Positions 47,213 through 56,125 of a DNA stretch of 64,000 nt are shown here, piece by piece. The position numbers and the translations under genes were made by a program. The notes under the pieces are model-generated. The model ran no database searches. It saw only the letters and a list, made by a program, of their open reading frames with translations, and was not told the origin of the DNA. Position 1 is the first letter of the stretch, and every line of letters begins with the position of its first letter. The stretch comes from a candidate division FCPU426 bacterium (lineage in GTDB: Bacteria; Oederibacteriota; Muellerivitia; Muellerivitales; Muellerivitaceae), in assembly GCA_963719085.1 (NCBI GenBank), contig CAVRAL010000004.1, forward strand, positions 800,001-864,000, in the 5' to 3' direction.

Positions 47213-48400
47213 TTGCGCCGGTCCTCGAAATTAGGAGCCCTCTTAGGCGTGGTGCTTTTGATCGGCTTGGGCGAGGAACTATGGTCCAAATTTGTCCCTC
47301 CCTATCTTTTGGCCCTCGGCGGCACCGCCTGGGTGGTGGCTTTTTACGGGACCTTGCGTGATTTTTTAGACGCGCTTTATCCCTATCCCGGCGGTTGGTT
47401 GAATGACCGCTTCGGAAGCCGCCGCGCGCTTTTGGGTTTCACCGCGCTTTCCATGGTGGGCTACGGTTTTTATTTATTCAGCCCCAATGTGCCGCTTTTT
47501 CTCCTTGGTTCTTGTTTCGCCCTCGCTTGGACCAGTTTCTCCCTTCCCGCGCTTTTTGATATTGTGGCCCAGGCCCTGCCTTCGGCCCAACGCACTTGGG
47601 GGTTCAGCGCTCAAGCCATCCTGAAGCGCGTCCCCGCCGTGGTGGGCCCGCTTTTGGGCGGACTGCTCATCACCCGGCTGGGGCTTAAAATCGGGTTTCA
47701 AACGGCGTTGGTAGCGACGCTTTTATTGGCCGGGGCGGCGCTTTGGATCATTCGAACCTATTACCCCCAAGAAAAACCGGCTCCGGTGGATTCCAAAAAC
47801 CTTTTTCATCTTTGGAAAACCATGGACAGGCGCCTGAAATCCCTTTTGGCGGCGGATTGCCTCATCCGGTTGGCCGAGGGAATCCCGGATGTTTTTGTGG
47901 TGCTTTACTTGTTTCAAGTGATGAAAGTAAACGCCTTTCAAGCCGGGTGGTTGATGGGGCTCCAAATGGCGACTTCCATCCTTTTATACCTGCCGGTCGC
48001 CAAGTGGTCGGCGGGGATGAACCGCAAGCCCCTGGTGCTTCTGACCTTTTGTTTTTTCACGCTTTATCCCCTGGCGGTCATTGGGGCTTCCGGAATGGGT
48101 TTATTGGCGGCGGCGTTTATCGTGGGAGGCTTGCGGGAATTCGGCGAGCCCGCCCGCAAAGCCATGATCGCGGACTTGGCGGGCAAGGCCGCCCGGGGCC
48201 GGGTGGTGGGGCTTTATTACCTCATCCGGGGATTCGTGGTTTTTCCCGCCTCGCTTTTGGGGGGATGGCTTTGGACGAAGGATGTCCGGCTTCCTTTTGA
48301 AACGGCGGCTGTTTTTGGCTTTTTGGGATTATTGTTCTTCCTGGCCAAAGGAAAAGACACGCGGCCGGAGAGGATTTTCACCGCCAAGGCTTCCCGCTAG
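47213..48400 (+). CDS. MFS transporter
   Basis: GGWLNDRFGSRR motif A; about 12 hydrophobic segments. Confidence 0.92.
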   Translation: MRRSSKLGALLGVVLLIGLGEELWSKFVPPYLLALGGTAWVVAFYGTLRDFLDALYPYPGGWLNDRFGSRRALLGFTALSMVGYGFYLFSPNVPLFLLGSCFALAWTSFSLPALFDIVAQALPSAQRTWGFSAQAILKRVPAVVGPLLGGLLITRLGLKIGFQTALVATLLLAGAALWIIRTYYPQEKPAPVDSKNLFHLWKTMDRRLKSLLAADCLIRLAEGIPDVFVVLYLFQVMKVNAFQAGWLMGLQMATSILLYLPVAKWSAGMNRKPLVLLTFCFFTLYPLAVIGASGMGLLAAAFIVGGLREFGEPARKAMIADLAGKAARGRVVGLYYLIRGFVVFPASLLGGWLWTKDVRLPFETAAVFGFLGLLFFLAKGKDTRPERIFTAKASR

Positions 48401-48580
48401 CCTGATTTCAGGCTAACTATGCGGGACAGTGCCGCCCCCGTTAATTTTTTTATGGGGGGCGTTGAAATAGGTTTTGTTGGAATTATTTTGATGTGCGGGA
48501 TTGTCTATTTTCAAATAAGGTTCATGTTAGAATGCCCCGCCGAAAATCAAAGGACCCTTAATTTTATGGAGGATGGATCG

Positions 48581-50023
48581 ATGACAGCCACAACACAAGT
48601 GAAACAAGCCGATTTTGGCATCTTTGGAATCGCCGTCATGGGCGCGAACTTGGCCATGAACATTGAGGACCACGGTTTCACCGTGGCGGTCGTCAATTTG
48701 CGCAGTGACCGGGTGACGCCTTTTATGAAGATGAACGAGGGCAAAAAATTTATCGGCGCCCACACGCTGGAAGATTTCGTCAATTCGCTCAAGACCCCCC
48801 GCCGCATCATGCTGATGGTGAAGGCCGGCGACCCGGTGGATGACGCCATTAAAATCCTCAAGCCCCTCCTGTCCAAGGGCGACATCATCATCGACGGCGG
48901 AAATTCTTGGTTCAAGGATACCCAGCGCCGCGAGGCGGAGTTGACCCAGGAAGGTTTTTATTTCTTCGGCGCTGGCGTGTCGGGCGGCGAGGAAGGCGCC
49001 CGTTTCGGCCCCTCCATCATGCCCGGCGGCAGCGAGAAGGCTTATGAGTTCGTGAAGCCGATCTTCGAGGCCATCTCGGCCAAGACCAACTCGGGTCCTT
49101 GCGTGACCCATTGCGGTCCCGACGGCGCGGGTCATTTCGTGAAGATGGTGCACAATGGAATTGAATACGGCGACATGCAGCTCATCGCCGAAGCCTATGA
49201 CATTCTGCGCAAAGTGCTGGGCCTGGGCGCCGCCGAACTGGCGGACATTTTCGCGGAGTGGAACAAAGGCATCCTGGATTCCTTCCTCGTCGAGCTCACC
49301 GCCAAGGTTTTGACCGTCATCGACGACGAGACGAAAAAACCGCTGGTCGATTTGGTCCTGGACAAAGCGGGCCAAAAGGGAACGGGCAAGTGGACGGCCC
49401 AAATCGCCCTCGACATGGGCGTTCTGATCCCGACCATCGTGGCCTCTTTGGACGGCCGCGGCATGTCCAGCATCAAGGACGAACGCGTGGCGGCTTCCAA
49501 GCAGATCAAAGCGGTTCCCATCACCTACAACAAGGCCGAGAAGCAGGCCCTCATCGACGCGGTGCGGGACGCCTTGTACGATTCCAAAGTTTGTTCCTAC
49601 ACCCAGGGTATGCGCCTGATCAAGGCGGCCTCCGACGAGTACAAATGGAACGTCAATTTGGGCGAGATGGCGCGCATCTGGAAGGGGGGCTGCATCATCC
49701 GGGCCCGTTTGCTCGACGAAATCATGAAGGCTTACGGACGTAACGCTTCGCTTCCGTCCCTGCTGTTGGACGATTCATTCAAGAAACAGATTGAGTCCAC
49801 CCAGGGCAACTGGCGTAAGGCCATCGCCATCGCGGTGACCAATGGAATCCCGACGCCGGCCATGAGCGCCAGCTTGGCTTACTACGACGCTTACCGCACG
49901 GCGGACCTGCCGCAAAACCTGACCCAGGCCCAGCGCGACGCCTTTGGTTCGCACACGTATGAGCGCGTGGATCATTTGGAAAAGGGCTTTATCCACAGCG
50001 AGTGGCTCAAGAACGCGAAGTAA
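48581..50023 (+). CDS. gnd: 6-phosphogluconate dehydrogenase, decarboxylating
   Basis: GIAVMG.NLA.N, GVSGGEEGA, KMVHNGIEY, QKGTG and QAQRD.FG.HTY; RBS GGAGG. Confidence 0.98.
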   Translation: MTATTQVKQADFGIFGIAVMGANLAMNIEDHGFTVAVVNLRSDRVTPFMKMNEGKKFIGAHTLEDFVNSLKTPRRIMLMVKAGDPVDDAIKILKPLLSKGDIIIDGGNSWFKDTQRREAELTQEGFYFFGAGVSGGEEGARFGPSIMPGGSEKAYEFVKPIFEAISAKTNSGPCVTHCGPDGAGHFVKMVHNGIEYGDMQLIAEAYDILRKVLGLGAAELADIFAEWNKGILDSFLVELTAKVLTVIDDETKKPLVDLVLDKAGQKGTGKWTAQIALDMGVLIPTIVASLDGRGMSSIKDERVAASKQIKAVPITYNKAEKQALIDAVRDALYDSKVCSYTQGMRLIKAASDEYKWNVNLGEMARIWKGGCIIRARLLDEIMKAYGRNASLPSLLLDDSFKKQIESTQGNWRKAIAIAVTNGIPTPAMSASLAYYDAYRTADLPQNLTQAQRDAFGSHTYERVDHLEKGFIHSEWLKNAK

Positions 50024-50105
50024 GACGAAGGAAACTTTGGGCAGGGGGAAACCGTCTAACGGGCTGTGGTAATTTTGGTATAGATGTTCATTTAAGGAGG
50101 ATGGC

Positions 50106-50687
50106 ATGAAATTCAAGGTTTTGTTGGCCGGGTTTCTGTTGACGGTTTTGGGGATTGGTTCGGCTTCGGCCCAAGAGGTTCATTTGGGATTGGAAGGGGG
50201 GGCTAATTTCTCCAATTTCATTGGAAGTGACACGAGTTCAGCCGGAAGTTACAAGCTCGGATTCGTGGGCGGGGGCTTCTTGGAATTGAATTTGATCAAG
50301 GACTTCGCCATTCGTCCTGAAATCCTCTATGAGCAGAAGGGGGAGCATTTCGCCCAGTATTCAGAGTCAACCGTTGATGATTATATTGAGCTGCCGATAT
50401 TATTGAAGCTGTCCCTCGGCGCTCCCGGATTTAACCCCGCGATCTTGCTCGGCCCCGCTTTTAGTTTAAACACACTCTCTCAACGAGTAACCGACAGCGG
50501 TAGCGTCGTTCAAACTTTCAGTGATGTCAGCGCGCTCGATATCGCGGTGGTCGGCGGCGTGCAAGTGGATATAGACAAGTTTTTCGTCAGCGGCCGTTAT
50601 GAACTTGGATTATCCAGCATCGACACAGAGGGCGACGACGCCCACAACGGAACCTTCACCTTCTTGGTTGGTTATACCTTTATCTAA
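50106..50687 (+). CDS. Porin-family outer-membrane beta-barrel, copy A
   Basis: Signal peptide, G..GGANF, PEILYEQKG, YIELPILLK, RYELGL and a terminal aromatic residue. Confidence 0.85.
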   Translation: MKFKVLLAGFLLTVLGIGSASAQEVHLGLEGGANFSNFIGSDTSSAGSYKLGFVGGGFLELNLIKDFAIRPEILYEQKGEHFAQYSESTVDDYIELPILLKLSLGAPGFNPAILLGPAFSLNTLSQRVTDSGSVVQTFSDVSALDIAVVGGVQVDIDKFFVSGRYELGLSSIDTEGDDAHNGTFTFLVGYTFI

Positions 50688-50705
50688 CCGATTTTTTAGG
50701 ACATC

Positions 50706-50742
50706 AGGTCCAAGAACGCGCTCGCGTTCTTGGACCTTTTTT
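50706..50742 (+). terminator. Rho-independent terminator
   Basis: AGGTCCAAGAACGC/GCGTTCTTGGACCT followed by a T-run. Confidence 0.85.
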
Positions 50743-50851
50743 GTTTATGCCTCCCGTGGATTATGGGGATAGTGGGGCTTGCCGTGATGGACGCTTTTCC
50801 CAAGGCCGGGAGCCCGGACGCTCGAATTACAATCCTTGCGGGTTCTTTCCA
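50737..50851 (+). pseudogene. Duplicated nuoL-like upstream region and first codons (copy of 51702-51815; start ATG reads ACG)
   Basis: Six differences over about 115 nt against 51702-51815. Confidence 0.92.
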
Positions 50852-50928
50852 GTTCGCGTCCGTATGAGCGGATTGATCACTTGGAAAAGGGATTTATCCA
50901 CAGCGAGCGGCTCAAAAACGCCGAGTAA
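50852..50928 (+). pseudogene. gnd: Orphan 3' end of a gnd allele (counterpart of 49947-50023)
   Basis: 65 of 77 nt identical; encodes SRPYERIDHLEKGFIHSERLKNAE* versus SHTYERVDHLEKGFIHSEWLKNAK*. Confidence 0.92.
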
Positions 50929-51065
50929 GCCGCGTTTTAGCGACCCCGAACCGGGAAGTAAAACGATGGTCCTCGATTTAACCCGGGGTTTTTGAACCGA
51001 AAGCCCCGGCCAATCGTCAAAACAGGTAGAAGCCAAAGAAATTAATGGGTGAAAGGGAGGTGTTT

Positions 51066-51656
51066 ATGCGATTAAAAGCGATTTGGATGGGGTTGGTCTT
51101 AACGATGGCAGGCTTAGCTCCGACGGTTTGGGCGCAGGGTATTCCGGCGCCGCCTTTCCAGCTGGGTTTGGAAGCGGGCGCGAATTTCGCCAATCTCATT
51201 GGATCCGATGTTAGCTCCATTACCAGCGACAACGCCAACCGCCTGGGCTTCGTCGGCGGCGGTTATTTGTCCTTGAACCTGTCTCCCAGTTTCGCGATCC
51301 GCCCCGAGGTGCTTTATGAGCAAAAGGGAGTGGCCATTTCGGGCTCCAGCACTTCCGACGAGCTGGATTATATTGAGGTTCCCGTGCTCTTGAAGATCGG
51401 TTTGGGCACCCCAATTATTAATCCCAATATCCTGATCGGACCGGCCTTTTCTTGGAATACGCTGGCGAAGGCTTCCAACGGCTCGAGCATCAGCGGCATC
51501 AACTCGTCGGATGTGGGATTGGTCGGAGGCGTGGAACTGGACATCGACAAATTTAATGTTTCGGGCCGCTATGAGCTGGGCTTGGACAACATCCAGAAAA
51601 ACACCAACGTTCAAAACGGCACCTTCACCTTCTTGGTCGGCTTTTCTTTCCTGTAA
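51066..51656 (+). CDS. Porin-family outer-membrane beta-barrel, copy B
   Basis: Same motifs as copy A; RBS GGAGG. Confidence 0.87.
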   Translation: MRLKAIWMGLVLTMAGLAPTVWAQGIPAPPFQLGLEAGANFANLIGSDVSSITSDNANRLGFVGGGYLSLNLSPSFAIRPEVLYEQKGVAISGSSTSDELDYIEVPVLLKIGLGTPIINPNILIGPAFSWNTLAKASNGSSISGINSSDVGLVGGVELDIDKFNVSGRYELGLDNIQKNTNVQNGTFTFLVGFSFL

Positions 51657-51673
51657 TTTCGAAGCGAAACGAG

Positions 51674-51707
51674 ATCCCAGGGGGCTCAATGCCCCCTGGG
51701 ATTTTTT
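51674..51707 (+). terminator. Rho-independent terminator
   Basis: ATCCCAGGGGG/CCCCCTGGGAT followed by a T-run. Confidence 0.85.
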
Positions 51708-51781
51708 GTTTATGCCTCCCGCAGATTATGGGATAGTGGGGCTTGCCGTGATGGACGCTCTTCCCAAGGCCGGGAGCCCGG

Positions 51782-53737
51782 ATGCTCGAATTACAATCCT
51801 TGCAGGTTCTTTCCACCGTGAATTGCGGATGGCTTTGGATGATCGCCGGCGTGCCCCTATTGGGCGCCTTGGTGAACGCCTTTTTGGCTTTACGGCCCCA
51901 TCCCTCGAACTCCGCGGCCTTGAGCGGCGCCATCGCTTTGACCGGGTCCGGGCTTTCTTTTTTCCTGTCTTTCCTGGCCTTTCTTGTTTTTAAAAACCTG
52001 CCGGATAACACGGTTCTTTTCCAAAATTTGTTGGATTGGATGGATGTCTCCCACCTGCGATTCGCCGTGGGATTTCAATTGGACGATTTGTCCCTGGTCA
52101 TGGTTCTTTTCATCACTTGGATCGCCGGATGGATCCACCTTTACGCCGTGGGGAGCCTCAAACACGAGCCGGGTCTGGGCCGGTATTTGGCCTGCTTGAA
52201 CCTGCTTCTTTTTTTCATGTTGGTTTTGGTCATGGCCGACGGCCTGCTGTTGTTGTTTTTAGGATGGGTGGGAGTGGGTTTTTGCGCGGTCTTTCTGATC
52301 GGATTCGGTTCGCCCAAGGCGGCCCAGAAGGCCCTGGCGATCCACCGCGTCAGCGACGGGGCCTTCCTGATCGGCTTGACGCTGGTGGTGGCCCTCACCG
52401 GAACGCTTAATTTCAACGACCTGGAAACCTTGCGCCAGGACTTTCATGAGGGAACCGCCACCCTTATTTGCCTTTGTTTCCTCGCGGCGGCTTTGGGCAA
52501 GTCGGCCCAGTTTCCCCTGTCCACCTGGCTGGCGGACTCCTCCTTGGGGCCCGTGCCGGGCATCGGGCTTCTTTACGCCGTCACCTTGGGGACCACGGGG
52601 GTTTATCTCATCGCCCGGCTTCATTTTATTTTCGTTTTGGCGCCCTGGGCCACCACGGTCATGGCCTTGGCTGGAATGGTCACGGCTTTGGGCGGTATTT
52701 TTTTGGCGTCGGCGCAAACCCAGCTCAAAAAAATATTGGCCTATTCCACCGTCTCCCAATTGGGTTTGATGTTTTTGGGGCTGGGCGTGAGCGCCTACAC
52801 CGCGGGGCTTTTTCATTTGATCACCCACGGCTTTTTTAAGACCGTTCTTTTCCTGGCCGCGGGTTCCGTCATCGGGATGCTGAAGGGCGAGCAGGACATC
52901 CGCAAGATGGGCGGGCTTTTAAAAAAAATGCCGCTGACCAGTCTGGCTTTTTTATTGGCCTGGCTTTCGGCGTGCGGCCTTCCGCCCTTCTCGGGCTTTT
53001 TCAGCGAGAACGAGATTTTGTGGCGGGCCTTGGCCACGCCCAATCCCTTGATTCCCTGGCTTCCGGAGGTGCTTTATGGCGCCGGACTCTTGGTGGCCGG
53101 TTTGACGGCTTACGCGCTCACCCGGATGCTCGCCCTGGCTTTTTTCGGCTCGGAGAAAATCGAGCGGGACCCGGGGGAGCATTTCAATGATTCCCCGCTG
53201 GTCATGACGGTGCCCCTGTTGATTCTGGCCTTGATTTCACTGGGGATTGGATGGATCGGCCTTCCGGAGGCCATCGGCGGCGGCGCCCATCTGGACCGAT
53301 TCCTCGATTCCACCTTCCGTCTTTCCACGCTGGAGTCCAACGGCATCGCGGGCAATTGGCAGCCCATCCTCATGCTGGTTTTCTTGGCGGTGGTTTTGCT
53401 GGGAGTGGGCGTGGCTTGGACTTTTTTCCGTCCCCGGCACAAACGTTCCCCGGCGTTTTTTCATTGGATGGAGCAGGCCGGCAAGGCCGAGGAGCCCTGG
53501 TTTGGGCTGGACGATTTTTACGAGAAGACCCTGATGGGCGGTTTGCGCCGGGCGGCCTATTGGGTCTGCCAGCGGTTGATCGACGAGATTTTGCTCGAGT
53601 CGCTCACGCGTCTGCTGGGCCGCGCCGCCGCCGGCTGGGTCCGGGCCTTGAAAAAAAGCCGCGTTGGCTGGGCGCAATTTTATTTTGTTTATGTTTTCAT
53701 CGGCGCGTCATTGTTGGTTTATTTCGCCTTTCATTAA
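51782..53737 (+). CDS. NuoL-like antiporter subunit, orphan and degenerate
   Basis: GKSAQFPL..WL, KKILAYSTVSQLG, FHLITHGFFK and EQDIRKMGGL. Confidence 0.9.
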   Translation: MLELQSLQVLSTVNCGWLWMIAGVPLLGALVNAFLALRPHPSNSAALSGAIALTGSGLSFFLSFLAFLVFKNLPDNTVLFQNLLDWMDVSHLRFAVGFQLDDLSLVMVLFITWIAGWIHLYAVGSLKHEPGLGRYLACLNLLLFFMLVLVMADGLLLLFLGWVGVGFCAVFLIGFGSPKAAQKALAIHRVSDGAFLIGLTLVVALTGTLNFNDLETLRQDFHEGTATLICLCFLAAALGKSAQFPLSTWLADSSLGPVPGIGLLYAVTLGTTGVYLIARLHFIFVLAPWATTVMALAGMVTALGGIFLASAQTQLKKILAYSTVSQLGLMFLGLGVSAYTAGLFHLITHGFFKTVLFLAAGSVIGMLKGEQDIRKMGGLLKKMPLTSLAFLLAWLSACGLPPFSGFFSENEILWRALATPNPLIPWLPEVLYGAGLLVAGLTAYALTRMLALAFFGSEKIERDPGEHFNDSPLVMTVPLLILALISLGIGWIGLPEAIGGGAHLDRFLDSTFRLSTLESNGIAGNWQPILMLVFLAVVLLGVGVAWTFFRPRHKRSPAFFHWMEQAGKAEEPWFGLDDFYEKTLMGGLRRAAYWVCQRLIDEILLESLTRLLGRAAAGWVRALKKSRVGWAQFYFVYVFIGASLLVYFAFH

Positions 53738-53758
53738 TTTTTTAGCCGGGAGCTATCC

Positions 53759-55270
53759 GTGACTCTTTCGTGGATTTTGGGGCTGCCTTTGGTCGGCGCC
53801 CTGCTTATATTTTTGTCGCCCCGCGCCAAAAGCGGCTGGTGGCTCGCGCTGGGTGTGGCACTGGCGACTTTTTTGTTGTCCCTCAAGTTTTATCTCAACT
53901 TCGATGCTTTTGACGGCGGGTTTCAGTTCGCCGAAAAGCTGGATTTGGGCGCCTGGCTGGGCTTTCACGACAATCTGGGGTTGGACGGGATTTCCTTAGG
54001 ATTCGTCCTGCTCACCACCTTTTTGACGCCGCTGGGCGTGGCCGCGGATTTGGAAAACCGGCGGGGCCGGGACAAGGGCTTTTACGCCTGCCTGCTTATT
54101 TTGGAGTCCGCCGCGCTTTGCGCCTTCGCCGCTGATGATTTATTTTTGTTTTTCCTTTCTTGGGAGAGCGTTTTGGTGGTTCTTTTTTATCTGTTCCGTT
54201 TTTTTGGCGCCGCGCGCCGGGTTCCCGCCGTGTTTCAATTTGTTTTTTTCACGATGGGGGCGTCGCTGCTTCTGCTTTTCGGGCTTTTGATGCTGGTCCA
54301 ACACACCCATACCTTTGGCTACTTTGAGATTTTCGACCAGACCCTGCCGGATGATCTTCAATTTTGGTGTTTTTTGGCGCTCACGGCCGCCTTTTTGATC
54401 CAGATCCCGGTCCCGCCTTTTCACGGCTGGATGTCGGACCTTTACGCCGAGGCCCCCTTGGGGGGGGCGTTGTTCTTGACCGCGCTTTTTTCCTCCTTGG
54501 GGGTTTACGGGTTGGTGCGCTACTCCATCCCCCTTTTTCCCTACGCCGCCAAAGCCTTCGCGCCCGTGTTTCTGCTTTTAGGACTGGCCGTGATCATCTA
54601 TGGAAGCCTCCGCGCCGCGCTCCAGACCGATCCCAAACGCCTGGCGGCGTCTTTCGGCTTGTCCCAATCGGGCTGGATACTTTTAGGCTTTTTTAGTTTT
54701 TCCATGACCGGTTTCCAAGGCGCGCTGCTTTTGATGCTGGCGCTGGCGGTTTCCCTGGCGTTTTTTTTCGTGGTGCTGGGCATGGTATTGAGGCGGCGGG
54801 AAAGCCGGGAGCTGGATCGGTTCGGCGGATGGCTTTTAAGGACGCCCCGGCTGGCCTTGGCTTTTTTAGGCGCGCTTTTGAGTCTGGCCGCGGTGCCGGG
54901 TTCGGGGGAATTCAGCGGAATTTTTTTAATTTTGATTTCAGTTTATAAGGCCTCGCCGCTTTTAGGGCTATTGGCGGCGGGCACCTTTATTTTCTCGGCT
55001 TGGTCGCTGATTCTTTTGTTCCAGAAAATCTTCCTGGGCGCTTCCGGCCCGGCCAAACACCCGGCGAAGATCGACGACCTTTCATTGCGGGAGGGGTTTT
55101 TGCTTCTGCCTTTTCTCGCGGTCATCCTTTGGATCGGCGTCAGCCCGAATAGTTTGCTGCAGCCCATGGAAAAAACCGTCCAACTCAACGTTTTACAGAG
55201 GCTGAACACCCTGCCGGTGATGACCGACTTCGCGGCGTACCAGCGCATGCTTCAGGGACAAAAACACTAG
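53759..55270 (+). CDS. NuoM-like antiporter subunit, orphan and degenerate
   Basis: LGLDGIS, DLFLFF..WE, P.HGW....AEAP and DL..RE...L.P; GTG start after GGAG. Confidence 0.88.
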   Translation: MTLSWILGLPLVGALLIFLSPRAKSGWWLALGVALATFLLSLKFYLNFDAFDGGFQFAEKLDLGAWLGFHDNLGLDGISLGFVLLTTFLTPLGVAADLENRRGRDKGFYACLLILESAALCAFAADDLFLFFLSWESVLVVLFYLFRFFGAARRVPAVFQFVFFTMGASLLLLFGLLMLVQHTHTFGYFEIFDQTLPDDLQFWCFLALTAAFLIQIPVPPFHGWMSDLYAEAPLGGALFLTALFSSLGVYGLVRYSIPLFPYAAKAFAPVFLLLGLAVIIYGSLRAALQTDPKRLAASFGLSQSGWILLGFFSFSMTGFQGALLLMLALAVSLAFFFVVLGMVLRRRESRELDRFGGWLLRTPRLALAFLGALLSLAAVPGSGEFSGIFLILISVYKASPLLGLLAAGTFIFSAWSLILLFQKIFLGASGPAKHPAKIDDLSLREGFLLLPFLAVILWIGVSPNSLLQPMEKTVQLNVLQRLNTLPVMTDFAAYQRMLQGQKH

Positions 55271-55323
55271 AAAGCGCCTCAAAGCCCGTTTTAAAATGAA
55301 CGGACCTTTTTACGGAGGGAACA

Positions 55324-55890
55324 ATGGCGAAAGTCGATTTGGATGAGCTGGGACCCCTTGAGAATCTGGTGGGGACTTTCAAAGGGACCAAGGGCGACGA
55401 TACCGCCCCCTCGGATGACCGCGGCACGGAGAAAAACCCCTACCATGAGGTGATTGTTTTTACGCATATCCTGCCCGCCGTCAACCACGAGCAGACGCTT
55501 TACGGCCTCCGGTACCACCAGCAGGTCTTCCGCCACAACGAGGAATTTTCTTTTCATGACCAAGTGGGATACTGGCACTGGGATCCCAAGGCGAAGCTGG
55601 TGATGCAGTCGCTGACCATCGCGCGGGGGATGGCGGCGCTGGCGGGCGGCCCGGCGCGGAGCGGCTCCAAATCGTTCAAATTAAAAGCGCAGCTGGGTTC
55701 CAAGACCTTCGGAATCGCCTCCAACCCATTTTTGGATAAGGAATTCCAGACGGTGGCGTACTCGATTCAAATCGCTTTTTTGGATGAGGACACTTTCACC
55801 TACGATCAAACGACCAAAATTCATATCAAGGGACAGCCGAAAATTTTCGAGCACCGGGACAAGAACACGTTAAAACGGGTGAAGGTTTGA
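55324..55890 (+). CDS. Nitrobindin/DUF1794-like heme-binding beta-barrel
   Basis: LGPL..LVG...G.KG.D.AP, LYGLRY, FHDQVGYW.W and F.H.D.NTL.R. Confidence 0.82.
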   Translation: MAKVDLDELGPLENLVGTFKGTKGDDTAPSDDRGTEKNPYHEVIVFTHILPAVNHEQTLYGLRYHQQVFRHNEEFSFHDQVGYWHWDPKAKLVMQSLTIARGMAALAGGPARSGSKSFKLKAQLGSKTFGIASNPFLDKEFQTVAYSIQIAFLDEDTFTYDQTTKIHIKGQPKIFEHRDKNTLKRVKV

Positions 55891-55922
55891 AAAGACTTCC
55901 AGGCTAAATCAAAACATGATTT

Positions 55923-56036
55923 ACCGCCAAGACGCCAAGAAACCAAAACGAGATGATTTAGTTCTTAATGTGTGCCAAAAATCGTAAACAATTATTTTCT
56001 ATGGTCTTAGTTTTTCTTGGCGAACTTGGCGTCTTG
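55923..56036. repeat. CGCCAAG-based palindromic element, family D
   Basis: Perfect 12-bp inverted repeat CAAGACGCCAAG (55928-55939) / CTTGGCGTCTTG (56025-56036) around an AT-rich loop. Confidence 0.8.
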
Positions 56037-56125
56037 CGCCGCCCCCCTTTGAAAATAATAACGAGGGCCGTATGTCCCGCTTGGTTGGCCCGGGAAGGGC
56101 CAGCGGAGCGGTGAAATGGTTTGGA

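Noticed and set aside
50741..50995. 84-aa ORF and the similar tail of ORF 51511-51993 as a small gene family
   Set aside because: The similarity is an out-of-frame reading of the duplicated nuoL upstream region.
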